Assembly: GCF_007119985.1 (NCBI RefSeq)
Contig: NZ_SKOQ01000063.1
Length of the DNA stretch: 61,697 nt
From: Marinospirillum sp.
GTDB taxonomy: Bacteria > Pseudomonadota > Gammaproteobacteria > Pseudomonadales > Halomonadaceae
Strand: one strand, 5' to 3'
Below, one piece after another: positions 31,997-41,704 of this stretch. Made by a program: the position numbers and the translations under genes. The notes below the pieces were generated by a model, which worked only from the letters and a program-made list of their open reading frames with translations, had not been told where the DNA came from and made no database searches. Position 1 is the first letter of the stretch, and each line of letters starts with the position of its first letter.

Positions 31997-32824
31997 ATGC
32001 ATCTTGTTGATTCCCACTGCCATTTAGATATGTTAGACCTCACGCGCACCTCAGTCGGTGCGCAGGCCGATCTAGCGCAGGTGCTGGCCGCTGCGCGTCG
32101 TCGCGGTGTGAAGCACTTCTTATCGATTAATGTTGATCCGCAGCAGTTCGATGCCCTGCAGGCGCTGGTGGCCCCCTTTGCTGATGTCAGCCTGAGCCTG
32201 GGCTTGCATCCACTGCATTATGCTGATGCCCAGCCGTTGAGTCCGGAGGCGCTGTTAGATAAAGCGCGCCATGAGCGCGTGGTGGCCATTGGTGAAACCG
32301 GTTTGGATTACCATTATGATCAGACCCACCACGCACAACAGCGCGCCTCTTTTGCTGAGCATCTTGAAGTGGCTCTGGCGGTTAATAAGCCGGTGATCGT
32401 ACATACTCGTGATGCTGCTGAAGATACTCTGGCTTTATTGCGCCCTTTTTGTGAGCGTGGTGGTCAGGGCGTGATTCATTGTTTTACCGAAGATCTGGCC
32501 TTTGCGCGTGAAGTGATCGCCATGGGTTTGTATATCTCCTTCTCTGGTATTGTGACCTTTCATTCTGCCAAGGCGCTGCGTGAAGTGGCGCGAGTGGTCC
32601 CCTTGGATCGACTGTTAGTCGAAACCGATGCGCCTTATCTTGCGCCTGTGCCCTTTCGCGGCCAGCAGAATGAGCCTGGCTATGTGCGCGAAGTGGCCGG
32701 TTGTTTGGCCGAGCTGCGCGGCTTAAGTCCAGAACTGGTCGCCCAGCAAACGACGGAGAACTTTTTCCGTCTTTTTCAGTGTGCGCGGCCTGTGTTCACG
32801 TCTGAGTCAGAGCTGAGCGGCTAG
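31997..32824 (+). CDS. TatD family hydrolase (YcfH-like)
   Basis: DSHCH, GETGLD, VHTR, IHCF, ETDAPYLAP. Confidence 0.94.
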   Translation: MHLVDSHCHLDMLDLTRTSVGAQADLAQVLAAARRRGVKHFLSINVDPQQFDALQALVAPFADVSLSLGLHPLHYADAQPLSPEALLDKARHERVVAIGETGLDYHYDQTHHAQQRASFAEHLEVALAVNKPVIVHTRDAAEDTLALLRPFCERGGQGVIHCFTEDLAFAREVIAMGLYISFSGIVTFHSAKALREVARVVPLDRLLVETDAPYLAPVPFRGQQNEPGYVREVAGCLAELRGLSPELVAQQTTENFFRLFQCARPVFTSESELSG

Positions 32825-32875
32825 CTGCTGCAAGAGCCAAAGGCTTGCTTTCATGCCTGAAGCTGATTAATCTTG

Positions 32876-32899
32876 TGACCAATATTTGTTTTCTGGTCA
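32876..32899. promoter_or_regulatory. Candidate TetR operator
   Basis: TGACCA-N12-TGGTCA directly upstream of a TetR gene. Confidence 0.4.
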
Positions 32900-32934
32900 T
32901 CCGGTTGAGGGTGGCTCGCCGCTAGGAGTTGTCC

Positions 32935-33609
32935 ATGGTTGAATCTCCCGTAGAAAAACAAGCGCGCCGAGTGCGTGAATTTCGTCAGCGTGAACAGCGT
33001 ATTCTGGAAGCCGCCTTAGCGCTTTTTTTACAGCAGGGTGAAGATCGCGTCACGGTGGAGATGATCGCCGAGCAGGTGGGTATCGGCAAGGGCACCATTT
33101 ACAAACACTTCAGCACAAAATCAGAAATCTACCTGCGCTTAATGGTGGATTACGAGCGTGAAATGGCCGCCTTGTTTCAGTCGCCGAAGATTTCTCAGGA
33201 TAAAGAAGCGCTCTCACGCGCTTATTTTGAGTTTCGGATGCAAGAGCCAGCCAAGTATCTTCTCTTTAATCGCTTAGAAGAAAAGCTGGTCAAAAGCAAC
33301 GTAGTGCCGGATATGATCGAAGAGTTGCATCGGTTTCGCGCCAAGAATTTGGAAAGCCTGTCTGAGCTGATAGGCGCGCGGGTTGATGAAGGGCTGCTGG
33401 AAGATGTGCCACCCTATTTTCACTACTGCGCCGCCTGGGCTTTTGTGCATGGTGCAGCCGTTTTATATCAATCTGAGTTTTTTCAGGATGTGATTCAAGA
33501 TAAAGACGAGTTCTTTCGTTTTATGATGGATATCGGTGTACGCATGGGCAATCGCGGCCAACGTGGTAAAAAGCGTCCTGATGCCCCTCAAAGCGATCCG
33601 ACTCTTTAG
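32935..33609 (+). CDS. TetR/AcrR family regulator
   Basis: VTVEMIAEQVGIGKGTIYKHFSTK HTH. Confidence 0.93.
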   Translation: MVESPVEKQARRVREFRQREQRILEAALALFLQQGEDRVTVEMIAEQVGIGKGTIYKHFSTKSEIYLRLMVDYEREMAALFQSPKISQDKEALSRAYFEFRMQEPAKYLLFNRLEEKLVKSNVVPDMIEELHRFRAKNLESLSELIGARVDEGLLEDVPPYFHYCAAWAFVHGAAVLYQSEFFQDVIQDKDEFFRFMMDIGVRMGNRGQRGKKRPDAPQSDPTL

Positions 33610-33617
33610 GAGGTGAT

Positions 33618-34217
33618 GTGTCTCGTTTGCAGGGCTTAATTCAACGTAGCCTGCCATTGGCGCAAGAAACGGCACGGCCACCCGTTGAAAGCTGGTCACC
33701 CACCCAGATTTTGACGCTGGATTTCTTTGTTGATCGTTTTGGACAATGGTTTTATGAGGATCGCCCCTTTACGCGGCCTGATGTTGCGCGTCTGTTAACC
33801 CGTCTGTTACGCCGTGAAGCGGATGGCGAATATTATCTGGTCACGCCGACAGAAAAAAACTGGGTGCGCGTTGAAGAGACCCCGCTGTTAGTGATCGATT
33901 GTGAACGTCAGCTGACGGCCGCGGGTCCAGTCATCCGCTGTGAAACCCAATATGGGGATTGGCTGACGCTGGATGCGGCGCATCCGTTGCGCCTAGTCGA
34001 GAGCCAAGTCGATGAGAGGGCAGATCAGCCAGGCGAACGCCAGCTACGTCCCTATATCACCACTTGGGCCGGTGTTGAAGCCCGCTGGTTGACTCAGGTC
34101 TACTACCGCATGCTGGAGTGGGCCGAAGAAGCAGATTGGGCTGGGCGTCCGGCCTGGGTACTCACCAGCAGCCAACAGACTTTTTTACTCGCCTATCAGG
34201 ATGCAGACGCGTGCTAA
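33618..34217 (+). CDS. DUF1285-like protein
   Basis: PPVESWSP, G.WFYE, YYLVTPTEK..VRVEETP. Confidence 0.8.
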   Translation: MSRLQGLIQRSLPLAQETARPPVESWSPTQILTLDFFVDRFGQWFYEDRPFTRPDVARLLTRLLRREADGEYYLVTPTEKNWVRVEETPLLVIDCERQLTAAGPVIRCETQYGDWLTLDAAHPLRLVESQVDERADQPGERQLRPYITTWAGVEARWLTQVYYRMLEWAEEADWAGRPAWVLTSSQQTFLLAYQDADAC

Positions 34218-36457
34218 CCCCCGAGCAGCAAGCGGTTGTCCACCACCAGCAGGGGCATGCCAGAGTGCGTGCGGTGGCTGGCTCAGGCAAGACCACGACC
34301 CTCGTTGCGCGTGTCGTCCATCTTTTAAAGCAGCAGGTGCCGGCGCAGCGCATTTTGGTCGTGATGTACAACCGCGCCGCCAAAGAAGATTTTCAAGCCA
34401 AGCTGATGCAGGCTTTAGCCGGTACTCCGCTTCGTCCACCTGATGTGCGCACCTTCCACTCCTTAGGCCATCGTCTGACAGAAAGCTTTGTCCGCTGGGG
34501 CGTTTTACCAAGACGTCGCCTCGTGCAAGAAGAATGGATGGTCGATCGTTTGACCCGCCAAGCTTTAACGCTACTTGCCCAAGAGCAGAATGAAGAAGCC
34601 GCACCTTGGCTTGAAGAAGAAACCCTTGAGGGGTTTAAAAGCTTTTGTACTCTGGTGAAAAGTGGCCTTGAGCCGGCAGCAGATTGCTATGCCAGTTTGA
34701 ATTTAAGCGGCCAGCATCAGCATTTTGTTGCGGCCTTTGCGCGCTTAGAAGCATTGCTTGAGCAAGAAAAACTGATGTTTTTTGATGATCTTCTCTGGCG
34801 GCCTGTCTTGTGCTTACAGCAACAGCCTGATTTAGAAGCGCGTCTTCAAGGTTACCTTGAGCAGGTGATCGTCGATGAGTATCAGGATATTAACGCCGTC
34901 CAGCAGCGTTTGCTGAAGGCCCTGGTTGGGCAGGCGCAGGTGATGGTGGTTGGCGATGTTGACCAATGTATTTATGAATGGCGTGGCGCGCGCCCAGAAT
35001 ATATGCTCAAGCGCTTTGCGACTGACTTCTCTCCTGTCACCGATTACCCGCTTAGTCGTACTTTTCGTTTTGGGCATGCGCTGGCACTGGCTGCGAATCA
35101 GGTGATTCAGCACAACCTTGAGCGCCCACCACAAGTGACGCTGGCGAGCCCAGAAGCTCAGCCTGTCACCCTGATGCAAGGGCAAGGTGCAGCTTGGTTG
35201 CTACACACTTATCAGGCCGCCCCAGCAGAGCAACAGCAAGAGGCGGCGATTTTAGTGCGCAGTTGGTCACAAAGTTTGGCGGTGCAGCTGGCTTTTCTGA
35301 AGGCTCATCAGCCATTTCGCTTATTGCGCCAAGAGCACTTTATCTTCAATCGTCCGCAGATCAAGGGTTTGATGGCCTATGCGCGTTTGGCCTTTTTTGG
35401 TCAATCGGGGCAGGCGCTGAACTTTGAACACCCCAAGGTGCAGCAGGATTTTGATCAGCTACTGAGCTTTCCTACCCTCTATTTAAGCGAGGCTGAGCGC
35501 CAGCAGTGTGTGCAGGTCCAGCGTCAGGCGGGCAGTGTGGGCCTAGAGGCTGCCTTGGCCCAGTGGCCGGTGGCAAAAAGGCGGCGTGTGCAGCAGCGTC
35601 TTAAGCTTCTTGAACAGCTCAGAGTCAAGGCTCATCGGCTCAGCCCAGTGCAGCTGATCGATCAGATTATGGAGGCCACGCGCGCTCCGGAAGTACTGCG
35701 TAAAGCGGCATCTCACCAAGAAGCCGCCGATGAAGCCCTGCGTCTGATTGAGGGTTTACGCCGCTATGCAGAACGTGGCCCTGCCAGCCTAGAAGCCTGG
35801 ATTGCCGAGCTGGAACAGGCACAGCAAGAAGGCAGTGCCATGCAAGCTCAGCAGCAGGAGGGAATACCACTGATTCTGACGATCCATGCTGCTAAGGGGT
35901 TGGAATGGCGTTGGGTGGGCTTATATGGCTTAAATGAAGGTGATTTCCCTTATACAGGACGTTTTGGGCGTCTCAGCACCCAGCAAGAAGAAGCCGAACG
36001 GCGTTTATTCTATGTCGCGATGACACGGGCCAAGCACGCATTGGTGCTGGTCAGCGGCGATACGGCCAGCCCAGTGAGCCGCTTTGTCGAAGAGGCGCAG
36101 CTGCAGGATGCTTTACGGCTGGCGGAGGCATTGATGCAGGCGGAGCCACCGGCTCAGCTGAAGGCCCATTACCCTGAGCTACAGCGCCACTATTGGCAGC
36201 AGGTGCATCCAAGTGCAGCGCCACGCTTTCTCGCTATTGAGTTAGACAATACTGCCGATGCCATGCCATCACCTGCTCGATCTACTCGCGCTGACCCGCT
36301 CAGCATTTGGCGGCCAGGAGCCGAGGTGGAGCATCCGCGCTTTGGGCGCGGTCGACTCCTTGACATTCAGGGGGATCAACCCAAGCGCTTGTGTCGAGTG
36401 GAATTTACGCAGGCGGGCGTCAAAACCCTCCATGAAGCTTGGTTGCAGCTGGCTTAA
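34211..36457 (+). CDS. SF1A UvrD/PcrA-family ATP-dependent helicase
   Basis: AVAGSGKTT, VDEYQD, VGDVDQCIYEWRGA, TIHAAKGLE, EAERRLFYVAMTRA; C-terminal V.HPRFG.G Tudor-like domain. Confidence 0.92.
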   Translation: MLTPEQQAVVHHQQGHARVRAVAGSGKTTTLVARVVHLLKQQVPAQRILVVMYNRAAKEDFQAKLMQALAGTPLRPPDVRTFHSLGHRLTESFVRWGVLPRRRLVQEEWMVDRLTRQALTLLAQEQNEEAAPWLEEETLEGFKSFCTLVKSGLEPAADCYASLNLSGQHQHFVAAFARLEALLEQEKLMFFDDLLWRPVLCLQQQPDLEARLQGYLEQVIVDEYQDINAVQQRLLKALVGQAQVMVVGDVDQCIYEWRGARPEYMLKRFATDFSPVTDYPLSRTFRFGHALALAANQVIQHNLERPPQVTLASPEAQPVTLMQGQGAAWLLHTYQAAPAEQQQEAAILVRSWSQSLAVQLAFLKAHQPFRLLRQEHFIFNRPQIKGLMAYARLAFFGQSGQALNFEHPKVQQDFDQLLSFPTLYLSEAERQQCVQVQRQAGSVGLEAALAQWPVAKRRRVQQRLKLLEQLRVKAHRLSPVQLIDQIMEATRAPEVLRKAASHQEAADEALRLIEGLRRYAERGPASLEAWIAELEQAQQEGSAMQAQQQEGIPLILTIHAAKGLEWRWVGLYGLNEGDFPYTGRFGRLSTQQEEAERRLFYVAMTRAKHALVLVSGDTASPVSRFVEEAQLQDALRLAEALMQAEPPAQLKAHYPELQRHYWQQVHPSAAPRFLAIELDNTADAMPSPARSTRADPLSIWRPGAEVEHPRFGRGRLLDIQGDQPKRLCRVEFTQAGVKTLHEAWLQLA

Positions 36458-36495
36458 TCCAGTTTGATCTTGCTTGGCGGTTGCGCCAGTGCGGC

Positions 36496-37266
36496 CTAGC
36501 CGCTGGATTTGAGGGCGCGAAGTCGCTGAATATTATCGCATAAGATGGCCCCAGCCACGCCCACATTCAAGGATTCTGCCTGCCCAAAGGCGGGTATCGT
36601 CACACGACAGTTGACCCAAGCTTGCAGTGAGGGTCGAATCCCTTGTGCCTCATTGCCAAGCAGCAAGACGCCGGACTCTCCCAGCTGATCGGGTGTCAGC
36701 TGGTGAATGGATTCCCCTTCCAAAAAAGCACCCAGCACGGGAACTTGAGGAGTAAGCTGGCTCAAGAAATCCTCGAGTGGGCACACATGCAGCGGCATGC
36801 GCAAAAAAGAGCCCTTGCTGGCGCTGATGACCTTGGGGTTGGTCAGTTCGGCTGTCCCTGGAGAGCAGATCAGTTGCTGAAAACCATACCAGTCAGCAAT
36901 CCGTAATAGGGTGCCGAGATTGCCAGGATCATTGATTTGATCGAGTGCCAGTGTCCAGCCAGTGGTCTTCACTGGTGGTGGTGCTGGGAAGGCGACGACG
37001 GCTAGCGCCGTATGGTTATTGCTCAAGGTACTGGCTTGAGTCAGAGATGCGGCAGAAGCGGGATAAAGAGGGCAGTCTAAGTGTTCGAGTCGCTGAGTGT
37101 GGCGATTGATAAACTCTTCGCTGGCATAGAGGCTGAGGATTTTCCAGTTGGCGTGCAGCAGTTCGACGACACTCTTCTCGCCTTCAACAAGAAAAGCCTG
37201 CTGCTCTAAGCGCCCTTTTTTCTGATGTAAAGAACGCAAAAACTTGAGTTGATTTTTACTGATCAT
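36496..37266 (-). CDS. TrmH/SpoU family RNA methyltransferase
   Basis: DPGNLGTLLR, LLGNEAQG, ESLNV. Confidence 0.92.
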   Translation of the reverse strand: MISKNQLKFLRSLHQKKGRLEQQAFLVEGEKSVVELLHANWKILSLYASEEFINRHTQRLEHLDCPLYPASAASLTQASTLSNNHTALAVVAFPAPPPVKTTGWTLALDQINDPGNLGTLLRIADWYGFQQLICSPGTAELTNPKVISASKGSFLRMPLHVCPLEDFLSQLTPQVPVLGAFLEGESIHQLTPDQLGESGVLLLGNEAQGIRPSLQAWVNCRVTIPAFGQAESLNVGVAGAILCDNIQRLRALKSSG

Positions 37267-37418
37267 GCCCCAGATTCACTTATTGATAAGATAAAAGCCA
37301 AGAGTATAAGGGGCAAGATGGCTCAGGAGAAGGAAGACTTGCTTTGTCTGGTGATTCAGCTTTTAATCCAGTCTGGCCTCAAGTTGAAGCTCTCGCTGTC
37401 TATTCTTTGGAGAAGACC

Positions 37419-37703
37419 ATGCTGCAAGTAAATGAATATTTTGAAGGAAAGGTCAAGTCGATTGCCCTGAATAATCAAGAAGGGCGCTTTACTGTGGGTG
37501 TGCTGGATATTGGTGAGTATACCTTCTCGACCAGTCAGGCTGAAGAAATGTCGGTCGTCACTGGCTCCATGCAAGTGCTGCTCGATGGTGATCCTGCTTA
37601 TCGTACCTTTCACCAAGGCCAAAGCTTTAATGTGCCTGCTGCCAGTGAGTTTCAAGTGAAAGTTGAGGTGCAAACGGCCTATCTATGCCGCTATTTTGAT
37701 TAG
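37419..37703 (+). CDS. ppnP: Pyrimidine/purine nucleoside phosphorylase
   Basis: MLQVNEYFEGKVKSI..GEYTFST..AYLCRY. Confidence 0.92.
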   Translation: MLQVNEYFEGKVKSIALNNQEGRFTVGVLDIGEYTFSTSQAEEMSVVTGSMQVLLDGDPAYRTFHQGQSFNVPAASEFQVKVEVQTAYLCRYFD

Positions 37704-37761
37704 CCCATCTCGTTAGCCGGGCCGGTGGCCGGTGTTTTTATGGCTGTGCTGGAAGACGAAG

Positions 37762-37793
37762 AAAAAAAGGAGGCCGAAGCCTCCTTTGTTTTT
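37762..37793. terminator. Bidirectional terminator
   Basis: AAAAAAAGGAGGC-cgaa-GCCTCCTTTGTTTTT. Confidence 0.85.
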
Positions 37794-37806
37794 GCTTGCT
37801 TCTGGG

Positions 37807-39459
37807 TTACATGTTGGGATAGTTTGGGCCACCGCCACCCTCAGGGGTCACCCAAGTGATGTTTTGTGCTGGGTCCTTAATATCACAGGTTTTGCAGTGA
37901 ACACAGTTCGAGAAGTTGATCTGGAAGCGTGGTGCACCATCTGCGCCTTCGACGACCTCATAAACGCCAGCAGGGCAGTAGCGCTGCGCGGGTTCATCGT
38001 ATTTGGGCAGATTGTCACGAATCGGCAGATCAGGATCCGTTAAACGCAGGTGTACGGGCTGATCTTCTTCATGCACCACGTTAGCCAAGAAGACAGAAGA
38101 AAGCTTATCAAAGCTGAGCTTGCCATCTGGCTTGGGATAGTCGATTTTTGGGCATTCGCTGGCTGGCTTGAGTGCAGCATGGTCAGGCAGGGTGTCATGC
38201 AGCGTCAGCGGAAGTTTACCGCCAAAAATATTCTGGTCGATAAAGTTAAAGGTGCCACCCAAGAAGGTGCCGAACTTGTGCATCGCCGGGCCAAAGTTGC
38301 GTGAACGCTTCAGCTCATCATAGGCCCAGCTGCTTTCCCACTTCTGTTGGAAGGCCGTCAGTTCTTGTCCGCCTTCATCACCGGCTTGCAGCGCCTCAAA
38401 CACGGTTTCAGCTGCCAGCATCGCCGATTTCATGCCCGTGTGGACACCCTTGATCTTGGCGAAGTTCAGCGTACCCGCATTACAGCTCAGAATAAAACCA
38501 CCTGGGAAGGTCATTTTGGGCAGGCAGTTAAAGCCGCCTTTGGCAATCGCACGGGCGCCATAGCTGACGCGCTTGCCACCTTCGAGATGCTGCTTGAGCA
38601 CAGGATGGTGCTTTAAACGCTGGAACTCATCAAAAGGAGACAAGTGAGGATTACTGTAAGACAGATCAACAATCAGGCCGACTTCAACTTGATTGTTGGT
38701 ATCGTGGTAAAGGAAGAAACCACCGGCAGTATCACCACTGAGTGGCCAGCCAGAGCCGTGAACCACCAGGCCGGGCTTGTGTTTGCTAGGATCTATATCC
38801 CACAGCTCTTTGATGCCGATCGCATAATGCTGCGGATCCTTGCCTTCATCGAGTTTAAATTTGGCCAGAAGCTGTTTGCCCAGATGACCGCGCACCCCTT
38901 CAGTGAATAGCGTGTATTTGGCACGCAGTTCCATCCCTGGCTCAAAGCTGTCTTTGGGCTGCCCATCGGCACCGATTCCCATGTCTCCAGTGATGACACC
39001 CTGGACTTCACCCTGCTCGCCATAAATAATGCTAGAAGCGGGGAAGCCAGGGAAGATATTCACTTCCAGCGCTTCGGCCTGCTCACCCAGCCAGCGAGTC
39101 ACATTACCAAGACTGACAATATAATTGCCATCATTGTGCATGGGCTTAGGAACAGCAAAACCAGGCAGTTTGACGCCAGAGGTTTCACTGCGCAGCAGAT
39201 AGACCTGATCTTCGGTCACGGGGGTATGGAGCGGCGCACCCTTTTCTTTCCAGTCAGGAATCAGTTCATTCAGTGCGCAAGGATCAATGACGGCACCGGA
39301 TAAAATATGAGCGCCAATTTCTGAGCCTTTTTCAACAACACAGACTTCAAGCTCTTGACCTGCCTCATTGGCCAGCTGCTTAAGGCGGATAGCTGCAGAG
39401 AGCCCCGCTGGGCCTCCACCGACGATGAGTACATCAAATTCCATCGATTCGCGTTCCAC
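37807..39459 (-). CDS. ETF-ubiquinone oxidoreductase
   Basis: GGGPAGL, GAHILSGA, YCPAGVYE..NCVHCKTCDIKDP. Confidence 0.97.
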   Translation of the reverse strand: MERESMEFDVLIVGGGPAGLSAAIRLKQLANEAGQELEVCVVEKGSEIGAHILSGAVIDPCALNELIPDWKEKGAPLHTPVTEDQVYLLRSETSGVKLPGFAVPKPMHNDGNYIVSLGNVTRWLGEQAEALEVNIFPGFPASSIIYGEQGEVQGVITGDMGIGADGQPKDSFEPGMELRAKYTLFTEGVRGHLGKQLLAKFKLDEGKDPQHYAIGIKELWDIDPSKHKPGLVVHGSGWPLSGDTAGGFFLYHDTNNQVEVGLIVDLSYSNPHLSPFDEFQRLKHHPVLKQHLEGGKRVSYGARAIAKGGFNCLPKMTFPGGFILSCNAGTLNFAKIKGVHTGMKSAMLAAETVFEALQAGDEGGQELTAFQQKWESSWAYDELKRSRNFGPAMHKFGTFLGGTFNFIDQNIFGGKLPLTLHDTLPDHAALKPASECPKIDYPKPDGKLSFDKLSSVFLANVVHEEDQPVHLRLTDPDLPIRDNLPKYDEPAQRYCPAGVYEVVEGADGAPRFQINFSNCVHCKTCDIKDPAQNITWVTPEGGGGPNYPNM

Positions 39460-39556
39460 AGTATTTCTCCTCAGGCTAATCTTTCATTTTTTATTGGGAT
39501 CTGCATGGAAGGGGCAAGACGCTTGCGTTCCCAGTCAGAGCTGTTAGAGTGTATTT

Positions 39557-39570
39557 AAAACGGTCGTTTG
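39557..39570. promoter_or_regulatory. PsrA-like box in etf divergent promoter
   Basis: AAAAC-GGTC-GTTTG vs (G/C)AAAC-N4-GTTT(C/G). Confidence 0.45.
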
Positions 39571-39855
39571 GTTTTGGTCAAGTCACCCTGTCAGTCAACA
39601 GGTCAAAAGCCCAAGAGTCAAGCGACAGCCCAATGTTTGACCTGCGGGCATTATAAGCTTAAAAATGTGACCCGTCAGTTTAAGCAGAAGTTTGACTGAA
39701 AGCGCGAATCGAGTCATTATCAAGCGCAAGTCACAGTCTGATCGCCCTTTGTAAGTGAAAATCAGGTCGGTCAGCACCCGTGAACACCGATTTATATCGT
39801 GCAGATTCATCTTATTGAATCTGTGAGTGCCAACCCTAAAGAAAACGGAGAATCT

Positions 39856-40605
39856 ATGAAGGTTCTTGTTGCGGTGAAACGTGTCGTTGATTACAACGTC
39901 AAGGTTCGCGTCAAAGCGGATCAAACCGATGTCGATCTGACTAACGTCAAAATGTCGATGAACCCATTTTGTGAAATCGCAGTAGAAGAAGCGGTCCGTT
40001 TGAAAGAAAAGGGGATCGCTACGGAAGTGATTGCTGTCTCTATCGGGCCTAAGGTAGCACAAGAGCAGCTGCGTACCGCGATGGCTTTGGGTGCAGATCG
40101 CAGTATTCTGGTTGAAACCGATGCGGCTGTGGATTCACTCAGCGCGGCTAAGATTCTGGCCAAAATCGTAGAAGAAGAGCAGCCACAAATCGTGCTGCTG
40201 GGCAAACAGTCTATTGATTCTGACAACAACCAGACCACGCAAATGCTGGCTGCACTGGCCGGCTTGGCTCAGGGCACCTTCGCTTCTGAAATCACTGTGA
40301 ATGGTGATAAAGCCCAAGTGAAGCGCGAAATTGATGGTGGTTTACAGACGCTGGAAGTTCAACTACCTGCGGTCTTCAGTGCGGATCTGCGCTTGAACGA
40401 ACCACGTTATGCCAAGCTGCCAAACATCATGAAGGCCAAGAAAAAGCCTCTCGATGAGAAGAAGCCAGAAGACTATGGTGTGACCGTGGCTTCTAAGCTC
40501 AAGGTGCTCAAAGTTGAAGCGCCTGCAGAGCGCTCAGCAGGCATCAAGGTGGGCAGCGTAGAAGAGCTGGTGGATAAACTGAAAAACGAAGCGAAGGTGG
40601 TCTAA
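39856..40605 (+). CDS. etfB: Electron transfer flavoprotein beta subunit
   Basis: [35 protein letters not shown]. Confidence 0.97.
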   Translation: MKVLVAVKRVVDYNVKVRVKADQTDVDLTNVKMSMNPFCEIAVEEAVRLKEKGIATEVIAVSIGPKVAQEQLRTAMALGADRSILVETDAAVDSLSAAKILAKIVEEEQPQIVLLGKQSIDSDNNQTTQMLAALAGLAQGTFASEITVNGDKAQVKREIDGGLQTLEVQLPAVFSADLRLNEPRYAKLPNIMKAKKKPLDEKKPEDYGVTVASKLKVLKVEAPAERSAGIKVGSVEELVDKLKNEAKVV

Positions 40606-41531
40606 TGAGCATTTTAGTTATTGCCGAGCACCAAAATACTGAACTGGCTGCAGTGACCGCTAACGTTGTTGCCGCTGCGCAGGCAATCGGCGGCGATGTG
40701 CACCTGTTGGTGGCTGGTGAAGCTTGCCAAGCGGCGGCTGAAGCTGGCGCGAAGCTGGCAGGTGTGAGCAAAGTTCTGCTGGCTGACAATGCGGCTTATG
40801 GTCATCAACTGGCAGAAAACGTTGCCGCACTGGTAGCCGAAATCGGTGGCAACTACAGCCATATCCTGAGCGCGGCCACCACTTCAGGCAAAAATATCAG
40901 CCCACGCGTTGCGGCACTGCTGGATGTGAACCAGATCTCTGAAATCATTGCCGTAGAAAGTGCGGATACCTTTAAGCGTCCTATCTACGCAGGTAACGCC
41001 ATTGCCACAGTGCAAAGCGAAGACAGCGTGAAGGTGATCACGGTTCGTGGTACGGCTTTTGATCCTGTAGCAGAAACAGGCAGTGCAGCCATTGAAGCAC
41101 TGGACAGTGTGAAAGACACTGGCTTGTCGAGCTTCGTTGGCGCTGAAATCGCCGCTTCTGACCGCCCTGAACTGACAGCAGCAGGCGTGATTGTCTCTGG
41201 TGGTCGTGGTGTTGGCAGCCAAGAAGGTTTTGAAGTGATCTTCAAGCTGGCTGACAAGCTGGGTGCGGCTGTTGGTGCCTCGCGTGCAGCAGTGGATGCG
41301 GGCTATGTGCCTAATGATCTGCAGGTCGGTCAGACAGGCAAGATCGTTGCACCTCAGCTGTATATCGCTGCGGGTATCTCCGGTGCGATTCAGCACTTGG
41401 CTGGTATGAGCGATTCTAAAGTGATCGTGGCGATCAACAAAGACGAAGAAGCGCCGATCTTCCAAGTTGCTGATTATGGCTTGGTCGCAGATCTGTTTGA
41501 AGCTGTACCCGCGCTGGAGCAACAGCTCTAA
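40605..41531 (+). CDS. etfA: Electron transfer flavoprotein alpha subunit
   Basis: RPIYAGN, SGGRG, QVGQTGK, GISGAIQH. Confidence 0.97.
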   Translation: MSILVIAEHQNTELAAVTANVVAAAQAIGGDVHLLVAGEACQAAAEAGAKLAGVSKVLLADNAAYGHQLAENVAALVAEIGGNYSHILSAATTSGKNISPRVAALLDVNQISEIIAVESADTFKRPIYAGNAIATVQSEDSVKVITVRGTAFDPVAETGSAAIEALDSVKDTGLSSFVGAEIAASDRPELTAAGVIVSGGRGVGSQEGFEVIFKLADKLGAAVGASRAAVDAGYVPNDLQVGQTGKIVAPQLYIAAGISGAIQHLAGMSDSKVIVAINKDEEAPIFQVADYGLVADLFEAVPALEQQL

Positions 41532-41553
41532 GTTATTGCGCGATGTCGCATTC

Positions 41554-41579
41554 AAGGCCGGCCTCGTGTCGGCCTTTTT
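41554..41579 (+). terminator. Terminator after etfA
   Basis: AAGGCCGGC..GTCGGCCTTTTT. Confidence 0.8.
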
Positions 41580-41704
41580 ATTGGCTGGGCTTTGTAAACG
41601 AGCCAATAAAGTGTAAGTTGGTTGTATGAAATTTGATGTTGATCAGTTAAGATTTGGATGAGAGTTCAATATCAGTAGAACGCAATGTTGCCACAGAGAT
41701 CACT

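Noticed and set aside
34211..36457. UvrD-like helicase as a defence system (Gabija-like)
   Set aside because: No adjacent OLD/TOPRIM nuclease; core chromosomal context and housekeeping-type C-terminus
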